From assembly GCA_051313645.2 (NCBI GenBank), contig JBNRSN020000005.1, positions 312,728,001 through 312,792,000 of the forward strand: a DNA stretch of 64,000 bases. Direction: 5' to 3'. This DNA comes from Centroscyllium fabricii (lineage: Eukaryota). Shown here in pieces: positions 51,670-64,000 of the stretch. The position numbers were made by a program, and so were the translations under genes. The notes beneath the pieces were generated by a model. The model made no database searches. It was not told the origin of the DNA and saw only the letters and a program-made list of their open reading frames with translations. Position 1 is the stretch's first letter, and every line of letters starts with the position of its first letter.

Positions 51670-52950
51670 TGGCCTTTATTACAAGAGGATTTGGGTATGA
51701 GAGTAAAAACGTCTTGCTGCAGTTATACAGGGCCCTGGTGAGACCACACCTGGAGTATTGTGTACAGTTTTGGCCTCCTTACCTAAGGAAGGATATACTT
51801 GCCTTAGAGGGAGTGCAACAAAGGTTCACCAGACTGGTTCCTGGGATGGGGGGATTGTCTTATGAGGAGAGATTGAGTAGACTGGGCCTATATTCTCTGG
51901 TGTGGAGGTGCCAGTGTTGGACTGGGGTGGACAATTGTAAGAAGTCACACAACACCAGGTTATAGTCCAACAGTTTTATTTGAAATCACAAGCTTTCGGA
52001 GCATTGCTCCTTCATCAGGTGTACTAGAGATGCATAAAGACACAGCATATATAGACGGAGAACAATGTAATCTTTCCAACTGCCCTTCATCACACCATGG
52101 CAGAGCGACATTCATAGCAATCAAAGGTGTGAATGGTGTTCAAACAGGTCAGTCAGGCAGGCACCATCCGAAGGACAATGAAGTGGAGTCACAAAGGGTC
52201 AAATGTTGCACAGTCTGGGGTCTGTGTGAAAACCAACACAGAACAATTAAAAAAGATTTTTCTTGCTGGAAATCGCAGCCGGTGCAGCCGCATCTGTGTA
52301 GTGAGGACAAGCCAAAGACGACTCAAGTCTGGATGACTCTACGTCAGGTGGAGTTACATGTTGTTCCATGCAGTACCTTTGATTGCTATGAATGTCTCTC
52401 TGCCGAGGTGTGATGAAGGGCAGTTGGAAAGATTACATTGTTCTCTGACTATATATGCTGTGTCTTTATGCATCTCTGGTACACCTGATGAAGGAGCAGC
52501 GCTCTGAAAGCTTGTGATTTCAAATAAAACTGTGGACTATAACCTGGTGTTGTGTGACTTCTTACAATTATATTCTCTGGAATTTATAAGAATGAGAGGT
52601 GATCTCATTGAAACATAAAATTCTTACAGGGCTTGACAGGGTAGATGCAGGGAGGATGTTTCCCCCTGGCTGGGGAGTCTAGAACCAGGGGTCACAGTCT
52701 CAGAATAAGGGGTCAGCCATTTAGGACTGAGATGAGGAGACATTTCTTTGGAATTCTCTACCCCAGAGGGCGGTGGAGGTGCAGTTGTTGAGTATATTCA
52801 AGACAGAGAGCGATAGATCAAGGAATACTGGGGTAGTGCAGGAAGGCGGAGTTGAGGTAGAAGATCAGCCATGATCTTACTGAATGGCGGAGCAGGCTCG
52901 AGGGGCCAAACGGCCGACTCCTGCTCCTATTTCTCATGTTCTTATGTTCC
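51670..52950 (+). mobile_element. CR1 3' fragment split by a Penelope insertion
   Basis: LYRALVRPHLEYCVQFWPP; resumes at 52569; TTCTTATG tail. Confidence 0.9.
51901..52568. mobile_element. Penelope-derived insertion with about 195-bp inverted arms, each carrying a hammerhead motif
   Basis: 12-bp TSD TATATTCTCTGG; arms about 51934-52129 and 52376-52569; CTGATGA...GAAAGCTTGTG at 52485-52516 and on the minus strand near 51987-52021. Confidence 0.88.
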
Positions 52951-53459
52951 TGACTAAAGGGAACTCAATTATTCCACATTGTTTACCAAGATCATTTTGT
53001 TTTCCCAACAAGCATTATGCTACTTTTCTGACCGAATGAACACATGGACATTGCTGAGATTCCAAACACATAACCACAGCTCTGAACTGCCAGAAATATT
53101 TCACCAGCTGTTGAACTGCAACTGCTTTGTTTAATGTTGATCATTCACTTAATCTGCCCCTTTAAAGCCAACATGTTGGGTCAAAAAAATGTAATCACTC
53201 TTAGTGGTGGCTGAGTCATTGCTAAAAATTGTTAACAGTTTGTATGTTCATCTAAAAGTATTTTTAACGGCAATGCAGGAAGCTATCTATTGTCTAGATG
53301 AGCACATCTCCTCTGTTTGCACAGTGAGAAAATGAAAGGCATGGTCTGATCATAAACCATATAGACAATAAAGTCCTCAGTCTGATCCATGGGGGTGAAT
53401 TTCTGTGAAGGTTCCCTGACTCGCCCGCCTGAACTTCAGAGGAAGATCAAGTTCCACTT

Positions 53460-54620
53460 GATTTGAACTCCTAATCTAGACTGACGTTTAACTTCAGTAC
53501 TGAGGGTGTACTACATTGCCGGAGGTTCTATCTTTTAGAGTGGAGTGCCATCTTGTCCTGGCAAACATTTCTTCCTTAACCAATGCCACCAAAAGCAAAT
53601 CAACTGGTCATTTACCATGTTGCTGTTAATGTGATCTTGCTGTGTGCAAAATTGCTGCTGCACTTGTCATATTTTCCTACATAGAAACAGTGGGGGGAAT
53701 TTTTTAAAAGGTGTGGGAAGCTGTCGGGTTTTGGGTGGGTCAGCTTTATGTCCCGCCTGCCTAAGGACCTGGGAGGCCCGAACGATTTTGGCTCAAGTGG
53801 CCAATTAAATCCCCACTGGTCTGCTGGGCTTCCAATACACACTATTGGGCAGGAACCCAGCCCTTTTCATTCACAGTTTGAGTGGGGCGGGCTGTTGATT
53901 GACAGGCCTGAATAGCCTGAGTAGTAAGAAACCACTAAGCTTGATTGACAGTGCTCAAGTGGTCCCTTTGTTTCCATGTTGACACAGCCTTTGAAATGTC
54001 AGAGTCTGAAAGGGAACACTAAAACCACAAAACAAACAGTTGAAGTGAGTCACTGTTTGTTTGTGGTTTCAATGGAATGTAAACAGAAACTGATCCCCTG
54101 GGTGATTGACAGCTTGGCTCACAGGCAGCGCAGCACGCCGATCTCTGTATGAATAGCAGGGATTTAAAGGTGTGATTTCTATGTTTTGGGGCTCTGAGGT
54201 TCGTCACCCTTGGATGGTAGCTGCACCTCCAGCATGGTGGAGGCTAGCAAGCTGCTGTGTGGGTGCTGTGCCCATGCCTTGAAGGTGGCAGACACCCAGC
54301 CGACTGGGTGCCCACTACCTTTTTGACGGCGGGGTTCCCACCAGGCGGGTTCTGAGTGGGAAGAGGGTTAAAATAGCTGAGGGCCCTTAATATAGGATTA
54401 CCCATCCAATTAAGGGCCCTCAACGAGCTCATTCTGCATCCCCGCCGGCGGCCGGCGGGAAACATTTGGGGCGGCAAAATCCGCCCGAGGAAAATCGCAA
54501 ATGGGCGGGGATCCGGCAGGGTGGCTTCCCGCCTGCCGGAATTGCGATTTTACCCCCCCCCCGCCCTGCCGGAAACCCGCCCTTACTACCCTCTGAAAAT
54601 CCCCCCCAGTGACTGCATTA
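53460..54620 (+). mobile_element. DeuSINE-like SINE interrupted by MITE family C copy 3 (53693-54608)
   Basis: SINE text ...TTTCCTACATAGAAACA|GTGACTGCA is split; the MITE is colinear with 23813-24712. Confidence 0.8.
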
Positions 54621-54931
54621 TGGGAGAATTTCCTGACTTGCCTGAACACAGCGAATATCTAAAAATCATGTGGATTAAAGTGCATACCTGAAAAGGAACC
54701 TGGCCAACTTTTCAGTTATTCTGCCTATACCCAAGAACATGTACTATTATTTGAGAAATGCTATAGGTCAACCTGAGAAATGTGACCTGATAAGGCGATG
54801 CCAAGTTCTTTCTATACCCTAATCTCTCTTTATAACATTGTTAAAAACTTGCATCTGCTGCAGAGATGCTCTCCTATTCAGTGGGGTCAATTTCTTATTT
54901 CAATCAATGAAACTTAGCTTTGTGTAATGCT

Positions 54932-55687
54932 GGCCCATAAATTCCGTTCCCTACGGGTGTGTACGCGCTGTGTACTCACCCGTCGGGCCAAAGGAAGTGC
55001 CGGTTTTAGGCAAGCACTGCGCATGCGCTGGAAACCGGAACTTCCGTTCTTTGAAGAAAGGGCTTCACAGGTCATAGAAACATAGAAACATAGAAGATAG
55101 GAGCAGGAGTAGGCCATTCGGCCCTTCAAGCCTGCTCCGCCATTCAATGAGATCATGGCTGATCATCCAAACCCAGCACCCTGTCCCTGCCTTGTCCCCA
55201 TATCCCTCGATCCCTATCGAGCCTGCACCGACACATATCCCACCCTATCCCCGTAACCCCACATATTCAATCCCCCTAACACTAAGGGTCAATTTATCAT
55301 GGCCAATCAACCTAACCCGCACATCTTTGGACTGTGGGAGGAAACCGGAGCACACGGGGAGAATATGCAAACTCCACACAGATAGTACCCGAAGCTGGAT
55401 TTGAACCCGGGTCTCTAGTGCTGTAAGGCAACAGTGCTAACCACTATGCCACCGTCAAATCTATGAATGGAGATTCCCTGCTTCGATTGGCTCCCCATGG
55501 CCCATGTGATCCCAGGGACGCTGTGAACTACCTGTGCCGCTGGGATACGCGTGCCCTGCACATCGGCAGTTTGAAGAGGCACAGCAATGGAATTCAGCGC
55601 CTCCCGGGAGTCCTCCGGTCTAGGCGGAGATTTCTCCAAATCGCAGCCCTCCGCCCGTGGGAGGGCTGTGAACGGAACTTCTGGGCC
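54932..55687. mobile_element. Harbinger-type MITE containing an HE1-like SINE (55073-55455, minus strand)
   Basis: Termini GGCCCATAAATTCCGTTC and GAACGGAACTTCTGGGCC. Confidence 0.75.
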
Positions 55688-55751
55688 AATATGAATAAAT
55701 GCACTACTCTCCCTCAGCTCACTGGGTTGTCTTATTGAACTTTAACATAAT

Positions 55752-56655
55752 GGGCCCTGTTTTCCTGTGCTCCAGAAGAGCTGCACCCCCACGAAGGGGG
55801 GTCAGAAATGCCTCGTGGGGGTGCAGCTCGGGTGATTACCAGAAACGTGAATTTCCTGTGCTGATGGGCAAGGGGCTTCAGCTTCCTACCCAGGAAGACT
55901 TTGAGCTGCCGATTTCCTGTGGCAGCTGCTCAAAATGCGTGTGTATCACGTGGGCAAGTCTCTCTTCAGCTGCACATTTAAAAAGCAGTCTTAGAGGTGC
56001 TGCAGCAGCTTTGAGAAGTGGAGAAACATGTTTAAAGGTAAGGTTTTTTTTGATTCCTTTGCAGATATTTGTCTGTGGTCTTTCAGCTTGTAAATGGGTA
56101 GGGTTTTTTTTTGGTGAAAGTGAAAAAAAAACGGGTTTTTAACACGATGTCAGCAGCTCTGGGCCATCAGAGCTGCTTAATTCGCGTTAAAAACCCGTTT
56201 TTTTTTCACTTTCACCAACAAAAAAAAACCCTACCCATTTACAAGCTGAAAGACCACAGACAAATATCTGCAAAGGAATCAAAAAAAATCTTACCTTTAA
56301 ACGTGTTTTTTTCACTTCCACCAAAAAAACCAAGGTGCTCCCTAGAAACTTAAAAAAAACAAGGTGCTTCCTAGAAACTTAAAAAAAACAAGGTGCTTCC
56401 TACCCGATATTCTTTATCCTGAGGCCGATTCTGTGCTTTGTGCGGGGGGAAAGCCGACCTCAGTGGGCGGGGCCTGCTCACAACCTAAGCACAAAGCACC
56501 TCGCACCAAAAAAAACCAGACCCCTACGCAGAAAAAAACCCCGGCATTTTCCACAGGAAATTGCCGTCAGAAAAAAAAAAAAATTACGTGCGCGTGCGCC
56601 GCGGGTGCACGTGAGCGCGCACCCGCAGCAATCGGGCCACAGGAAAACAGGGCCC
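55752..56655. mobile_element. Harbinger-type MITE with a long internal palindrome
   Basis: Perfect 18-bp TIR GGGCCCTGTTTTCCTGTG; TSD AAT. Confidence 0.88.
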
Positions 56656-56844
56656 AATATCTCTCCTGAGTTCTGCCCTACAACAGAACCTCCCCTCTCT
56701 GAAGTCTCCATTCTTTTTTGGAACCTGTTTTTTGCTGTCTGACCACCTGAACAAGAATCAGACACCAAGAGGTAGATCTTGACTTTGTGCGCTAGTGTAA
56801 AATGGATGACAGTGAGTCGGCAGCTTGCTTTACATGTCTCTCGA

Positions 56845-57400
56845 TTTTTATTTTCATTGGAGAGCCAGTGTAGGTCAGTGAGCGCTAGAGTGATGGGTGA
56901 ATGGGATTTGGTGCCAGTTAGGATATGGGCAGCAGAGTTTTGGATGAGTTCAAGTTTATGGTAGGTGAGGAGAGCATTGAAATAGTTGAGTCCGGAAGTA
57001 ACAAATGCGCGGATGATGATTTCAGTCGCAGATAAGCTGAGGCAGAGGCAGAAACGCACAATGTTACGAAGGTGGATGGAGGCGGTCTTTGTGATGAGAG
57101 GACATGGGTTCAGAAACTCAGCTCATGTTTAATTAAACATCGAGGTTGCGAACAGTATGGTTCAGCCTGAAACAATGGTCAGGGAAGGGGATGGAATCGG
57201 TGGCAAGGGATCGAAGTTTGTGACGTGGGTCGAAAACAATGGCTTCAGTCTTCCCAATTATCAACTGGAGAAAACTGTGGCTCATACAGGACTGGATGTC
57301 AGACAAGCAGTCTGACAACACAGAGCCAGTGAAGAGGGCGAGAGAGGTGCCGGTGAGGTAGAACTGGGTGTCTTCGGCGTACATGTGGAACCTGATGTCG
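56845..57400 (-). mobile_element. L2 LINE fragment
   Basis: FHMYAEDTQFY and KLELIQNSAAHILT motifs. Confidence 0.85.
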
Positions 57401-59800
57401 CCACTAAAACAATTACTCTCTCTCACCCTGGCTGGTCCCCTGGTACGGCTCTCATCTTCGCTCCCGTAAGTCCAAGGGACGCAGACTTGAACGGATATGG
57501 CGGACAACTGGGTTGGCCATTCACCGCCAGATCTGGCTGGACCACATAAAGCATTAACGGGTCCTGCTCTTGTCTGCCAAAATTGCTCACTATTCCCGAA
57601 TCAGTCTGGAATGCAAAGATAAACCCCGGCTCCTACTCACCACTGCTAACCGTCTTCTTAAACCCCTCTCCCCTGTCTCCTCCACCCTCACCTCCGATAA
57701 CAAGTATGAAGAGCTCATGGGATTCTTTGTCTCTAAGATTGAGACCATCTATTCAGCTGCCTCTGCCACTTCCCTTCCTTCCCCTAGCCCACTGAGCCAA
57801 ACTTCATCTAAGGTTCCCCCCGCCCTGGCCCTGAACACACATCTTTCTCCAGCTTTTCTCCAATCTCCTCTCATTACCTCTCTGCGCTCATCTTGTCCAT
57901 GAAACCCACTTCCTGCTCCCTCGACCCGATTCCCACCAAACTGCTGACCACCCAACTTTCTTTTCTGGCTCCCATGTTAGCTGACATTGTTAACAGTTCT
58001 CTCTCCTCAAGTACTGTCCCCCTCTCTGTCAAATCTGCCGTTATCACCCCTCTTCTCAAAAAAACAACCTTTGATCCTTCCGTCCTTGCAAACTACCGCC
58101 CCATCTCCAACATCCCTTTCCTCTCCAAAGTCCTTGAACGTGTTGTACCCTCCCAAATCCGTGCCCATCTTTTCCACAATTCCATGTTTGAATCCCTCCA
58201 ATCAGGTTTCTGCCCTTGCCACAGTACCGAAACGGCTCTCATCAAAGTCTAAATGACATCCTTTGTGACTATGACAAAGGTAAACTATCCCTCCTCATCC
58301 TTCTTGACTTGTCTGCAGCCTTTGACATGGTTGACCGCTCCATCCTTCTCCAATGACTCTCCACCATCGTCCAGCTGGGTGGGACTGCACTCGCCTGGTT
58401 CCATTCTTATCTATCTAATCGTAACCAGAGAATCACCTTCAATGGCTTCTCTTCACGCATCCGCATCGTTACCTTTGGTGTCCCCCAAGGATCTATCTTT
58501 GGCCCCCTCCTATTTCTCATCTACATGTTGCCCCTTGGTGACATCATCCGAAAACACAGCATCAGTTTCCACTTGCACGCTGTCGCCACCCAGCTCTACC
58601 TCACTGCCTCTTTTCTCGACCCCTCCACAGTCTCTAAATTGTCAGACTACTTGTCCGACATACAATTCTGGATGAGCAACAATTTTCTACAATTAAATAT
58701 TGGGAAGCCGAAGCCATTGTTTTCGGTCCCCGCACAAACCCTGTTCCCTAGCCACTGACTCCATCCCTCTCCCTAACATCTGTCCGAGGCTGAACCACAT
58801 TGTTTGCAATCTTGGGACTAGGGACAGGGTCACTGGCAAGGCTTGGAAGCTAAGCAGAGCCAGGCCTGGTTAGTACTTGGATGGGTGAATACCAGGTGCA
58901 GAAGGTCACGAAAGAAGCCCCGGGAAGGGGCGGTTGGCTGAAGATTGACGGAATGATGGAAAGATGGAATGGCGGCACGCACAGACGCAACGGCTTTGCT
59001 GGACTCTTGGGAGCTTGCAAGATCACATTTTGTTGTTCATGTACTTGTACATTGTATAATGACAATAAAAGTTTAATTATTTGTGTCATATTTGACCCGA
59101 AAATGAGCTTCCGACCACATATCCGCAACATAACAAAGGCCGCCTACTTCCACCTCCGTAACAACACCCATCTCCGCCCTTGCCTCAGCTCATCCGCTGC
59201 TGAAATCCTCATCCATGTCTTTGTTATCTCTAGACTTGACTATTCCAACGCACTCCTGGCTGGTCCCACATTCCACCCGACGTAAACTTGAGCTCATCCA
59301 AAACTCGGCTGCCCGTGTCCTAACTCGCACCAAGTCCCGTCCGCCCATCTCCACTGTGCTCGCTGACCTACATTGGCTCACGGTTAAGCAGCACCTCGAT
59401 TTCAAAATTCTCATCCGTGTTTTCAAATCCCTCCATGGCCTCGCCCCTCCCTATCTCTGTAATCTCCTTCAGCCCCACAACCCCCCGAGATATCTGCAGT
59501 CCTCTAATTCTGCCCTCTTGAGCATCCCTGATTATAATTGCTCAACCTTTGGTGGCCGTGCCTTCTGTTGCCTGGGCCCTAAGCTCTGGAATTCCCTGCT
59601 CAAACTTTTCCGCCTCTCTACCTCTGTTTCCCCCTTTAAGACGCTCCTTAAAACCTACCTCTTTGACCAAGTTTTTGGTCACCTGCCCTATTTTATCCTT
59701 ATGTGGCTCGGTGTCTCATTTTCTGTCTTACAATACTCCTGTGCAGCTCCTTAGGACGTTTTACTACGTTAAAGGCGCTATATAAATACAAGTTGTTGTT
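57400..59800 (+). mobile_element. L2 LINE, 5'-truncated and degenerate
   Basis: KPTSCSLDPIPT, NYRPISNIPFLSKVLE, HSTETALIKV, LELIQNSAARVLT; terminus GGCGCTATATAAATACAAGTTGTTGTTG. Confidence 0.93.
58816..59082 (+). mobile_element. Insertion in L2 with a 5S rRNA-derived segment (SINE3-like)
   Basis: 58845-58905 GGAAGCTAAGCAGAGCCAGGCCTGGTTAGTACTTGGATGGG matches the vertebrate 5S internal control region; ends AATGACAATAAAAG. Confidence 0.75.
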
Positions 59801-59989
59801 GATGTCATTTCAATAGATAAGGTTGCCGAGGGCTCATATGTAGTTGAGAAATAGGAGGGGGCCAAAGTTAGAAGACTCCAGAGGTAACAATGCAGTAATA
59901 TTAGCCGTCCATCATCTAGGTGGCATTTCTTTTTAAAACTCATGAGAGTACAAACTGCTGTCAAAAAACACAACAACAAAAGTAATAGG

Positions 59990-61120
59990 TAAGAGCCCAT
60001 GGGATCCAGGGCACCTTGGCTCATTGGATCCAAAACTGGCTTAGTGGCAGAAGGCAGATGGTGCTGGCCGAAGGTTGTTTTTGTGACTGGAAGTCTGTGT
60101 CCAGTGGGGTACCGCAGGGATCGGTGCTGGGTCCCTTGCTGTTTGTAGTCTACGTTAATGATTTGGATATAAATGTTAAAGGTATGATCAGTAAGTTCGC
60201 AGATGACACGAAAATTGGTGGGGTGTTAAATAGCGAGGAGGGAAGCCTCAGTCCGCAGGATGATATAGATGGGTTGGTCAGAAGGGCGGAACAGTGGCAA
60301 ATGGAATGTAACCCTAGAAAGTGTGAGGTGATGCATTTTGGAAGGACTAACAAGGCAAGGGAATACACAATGAATGGTAAGACCCTAGGAAAGACAGAGG
60401 ATCAGAGGGACCTTGGTGTGCATGTACATAGATCCTTGAAGGCAGCAGGACAGGTGGATAAGGTGGTTAACAAGGCATATGGGATACTTGCCTTCATTAG
60501 CCGAGGCATAGAATATAAGAACAGGGAGGTTATGATGGAGCTGTACAAAATGCTAGTTAGGCCACAGCTGGAGTACTGCGTGCAGTTCTGTTCGCCACAC
60601 TATAGGAAGGATGTGATTGCTTTGGAGAGGATGCAGAGGAGATTCACCAGGATGTCCTGGGCTGGAGCGCTTCAGCTATGAAGAAAGACTGGACAGGCTG
60701 GGGTTGTTTTCCTTGGAGCAGAGAAGGCTGAGGGGGTGACCTGATTGAGGAGTACAAAATTATGAGGGGCATAGATAGGGTAGATAGAACAGAACTTTTT
60801 CCCTTAGTAGAGGGGTCAATAACAAGGGGACATAGTTTCAAGGTAAGGGGCAGGAGGTTTAGAAGGGATTTGAGGAGGAACTTTTTCACCCAGAGGGTGG
60901 TTGGAATCTGGAACTCACTGCCTGAAAGGGTGGCAGAGGCAGGAACCCTCACAACATTCAAGAAGCATTTAGATGAGCACTTGAAATGCCATCGCATACA
61001 AGGCTACGGACCAAATGCAGGAAAATGGGATTAGAATAGACAGGGCTTGATGGCCGGCGCGGACACGATGGGCTGAAGGACCTCTTTCTTTGCTGTATAA
61101 CTCTATGGCTATGATTCTAT
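59990..61120 (+). mobile_element. CR1 LINE 3' fragment
   Basis: ORF 60016-60681 with GVPQGSVLGP and FADDTKIGG; 60762-61034 is the C-terminus. Confidence 0.95.
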
Positions 61121-62394
61121 AATACTTTTTCCAAATCGTTTCGGTGCAAAAATGGTCAATACATCTTGAAATGTGAGAAACGCCCAATTGTAATTTGGAC
61201 ACGACCAATGTTTGTGTCTGGAATATTACTCCAAACATTTAGCAGCCTTTGGACTAAAGTAGTTCTTCCTGATATTGTTCTAAATTTACTTTTCACTATT
61301 TTCCATTTATGTTTCATTGGCATCTTTTGAATGATATGTTGTTGTAACTGTTATTGTGCATACGGTCTTGTGATGCAAGTGCTTTGGCAAAGATCTGTAG
61401 TCACGTCACAGGCCAGAATATTTCACAAAAGACATCCAATCATTTGCTCAACAGAAGCTGCACTCTCTGAAAACCCAGAAGTTTGAATTCTGAGAATCGA
61501 AGGGGCTCGCTGCATTGCAATTTTCTTCAATGGAAAGTGGCTTCAGCCTCATATCTACGGAAACTGTGTGATGTAATTTTGGTGTGAAACTCAACATTAA
61601 AAGGTTAAAGAAAATGTTTAAAGTTGGCAGGTAGTCCAATGGGGAATTTTGGAACTTAGCTTCACACTGGGTTACAGTTAATTGCAACCAGTGCAAAGTT
61701 GAAGCAATGTGAGACTACCTAATTAACTAAAGTAGGTGAGCTGGCCAGTCCCCAGTTTCCAGGCAGTCCAGAAGGTATCATCAGGGAATGTTAGGCATTA
61801 GGCTGAGCTAATTGGGGCATAATTTCTCCTTTGAAGATTAGCGTAGCTGTAAACAAAAAAATGCGCTGTCCACTTCAACTCCGATCAACATACATTATGA
61901 TGAATTTGGTTAATAGCTGTCAGTAGAATATGTTGACTTTGTGCAATGTCAGTTGCCTATGGTGAGAGATACTACTGTGGACTAAATAGTTAAAGCAGAC
62001 TTGTGTCCGGTTGTAAAGTGTATGCAAATACTACTTCCTTTTCTTTGGATTACATGGGAAGTCTGCGATCTATAGGATTGAACTCTTTTCCATGGAAACA
62101 CAATGATATCACAATTGGTCGCTGCCCTAATAGGCGGCAATCCAATGCTAGTTAAAGCTGACTTCAGAACTTGCAGACTCCGCAGTACTGCACTTTCAGA
62201 TAGCCTTTAGCACCATTGACCATTATTAATTGTAGCTCTTCTCTTGAGAACAGGGCAGACACCAGAATTCAATTTAATTTGTTCCTGTTGGCTTGCTAAT
62301 CTTGTTATCTGTCAGTAGAGTGTTAAAGGAACCAGAAAGGCAAACATTCTTACTGCTTCAGCAAACTCTAAAAATATTGAGGGTTAGAAACTAA

Positions 62395-63193
62395 GGGGGG
62401 GATTTTCTTCGGTCCGTGAGGGCAGCTTTCCGGCGGGGCAGGGCCTAAAATCGCGGAGCCAGGTGATCCCGCCACCCCACCAGGTCGCCGCCAGCTTGTC
62501 AGTTTCGGGCGGCGTGTCCTGCCGTCCCGAAACGTTCCCGCCCGCTGCCGGCGGGGATGCTCGTTGAAGTAATTGAGCGCCCTTAATTGGTCTGGATAAT
62601 GCCATTTTAAGGTCCCTCACCTATTTTAAACTCCTTCCCACCCAAACCCCGCCATCCTGAAACCCCGCTGGTGAAACCCAGCAGTAGCACAGTGACCTTG
62701 GTCACTTTCTCCTTCAAGGTATTGAAGGACCTACAGCAGAATGCTTTCCCGGCCTTCAATACCCTGGAGTTGTAAGTGACTCCCTTGGGTGAAGACCAGC
62801 TGTGGAGAAAACAGTTAAAAACATTACCTTGACAGATCAATTCAGAGACGCTCCCTAGCTGTCAAAGATTTGCAGCCCGCCCATCCACCTGTCAGTCAAA
62901 GCACTTGGCCTTTCCGATTGGTTGCACTCCATTGTGATGTCACAATGGAGTGTTTCCATGGGAACTGTCAACAGTCAGTCCCTGGAACTGTCTGTCAAGC
63001 TCCTCGCACCCCGCTCCAGCGCCTTGATTGCCGACTCGACTCAGGCAATTACAAGGGGCTCCCTGCATGCGGGGATTTAATTGATCAATTTCAGCAAAAT
63101 TTCGTCGGGTTTCCAGGCCCGCGGGCGGACGGGACAGAAACCCGACCCGACCAATCCCCGCCAGGTTCCTGCACCTTCGGGGAAATCCCCCCC
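62395..63193 (+). mobile_element. Non-autonomous Harbinger related to 36781-41232
   Basis: TSD TAA; TIR GGGGGGGATTT / AAATCCCCCCC; both subterminal regions resemble the full element (e.g. CAATTT(C)AGCAAAA). Confidence 0.85.
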
Positions 63194-63678
63194 TAATTGC
63201 CTATTACTTTTTTTTTTAAGAACTCAATTTTTTTCAGATATCCTTCAAGGCAGCTAATAATTTCTTTACAGGCTCTATAGTATGCTTATTTAGAAAGCCA
63301 AATCGCAAATTTTCCTTTAACATACAAAGCACATACAATTAATAGATAACTCTGCTAAGCTCAAGATGAAGATAGCGCAAAACAGATAGGAACCAAGAAC
63401 TAATAAATAAGTAAGAGAATACAGAAATGTCATTACATTGCTAAATATCATCAGCCTCTTCAAGAAATACTCAGTATGAGATGCTTCATTATGCCAATAT
63501 ATTTGCAGTGTTGTTGCTGAATCATGGCTCCTGAATATTTCATGTTACATTTACACTGTTGTATAAAACATTCAGACCTCATTATAACAAGCAAGATGTG
63601 CGATTCCCAAGGAACATGTTGCAATAACGATGGAGTCAGCCTATATTAATTAAATAAGTATTGAGGCTGTTATGTACT

Positions 63679-64000
63679 ACATAGAAACATAGAAGATAGG
63701 AGCAGGAGTAGGCCATTCGGTCCCTCGAGCCTGCTCCGCCATTCAGTGAGATCATGGATGATCATCCAAACTCAGTACCCTGTCCCTGCCTTCTCCCCGT
63801 ATCCCTTGATCCCTCTAGCCTTAAGAAATACATCCAGCTCCTTCTTGAATATATTCAATGAACTAGCTTCCACCGCCCTCTGTGGTAGAGAATTCCACAG
63901 GTTCACCACTCTCTGGGTGAAGAAATTCCTCCTCATCTCTGTCCTAAATGAGTTACCCCTTATCCTTAGACTATGACCCCTGGTTCTGGACTCTCCGATC
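63679..64000 (-). mobile_element. CR1 LINE 3' end, runs off the window
   Basis: Near match to 3930-4240 and the reverse complement of 32735-33045. Confidence 0.92.

Noticed and set aside
58845-58905. Functional 5S rRNA gene
   Set aside because: The 5' third is missing, there is a deletion after GGATGGG, and it sits inside an insertion in L2.
61448-61696. 82-aa minus-strand ORF
   Set aside because: No recognisable homology or convincing splice signals; length is within chance.

Overview
Eukaryotic, repeat-dense DNA, most likely intronic or intergenic sequence of a cartilaginous fish (inferred from the HE1-like and DeuSINE-like SINEs plus CR1, L2 and Penelope content). No host gene is confidently identified. 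The window holds four Gypsy LTR retrotransposons, four solo LTRs, one near-complete two-gene PIF/Harbinger transposon with relics and many MITEs, Tc1/pogo-type MITEs, hammerhead-bearing Penelope pieces, LINE and SINE fragments, and a 30-bp minisatellite. The main result: three related Gypsy elements with divergent LTRs (13427-22896, 28143-31122, 44953-49567) lack a tRNA primer-binding site. In each, the PBS position is instead the exact reverse complement of that element's own LTR sequence ending in the poly(A) signal (AATAAAA|GCC). One copy also preserves what looks like a fossil reverse-transcription intermediate, a 53-nt antisense copy of R that stops at the predicted transcription start. 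Together these suggest a self-priming mechanism with a geometry different from Tf1/sushi. All coordinates were read by eye, and degraded repeat boundaries are approximate.
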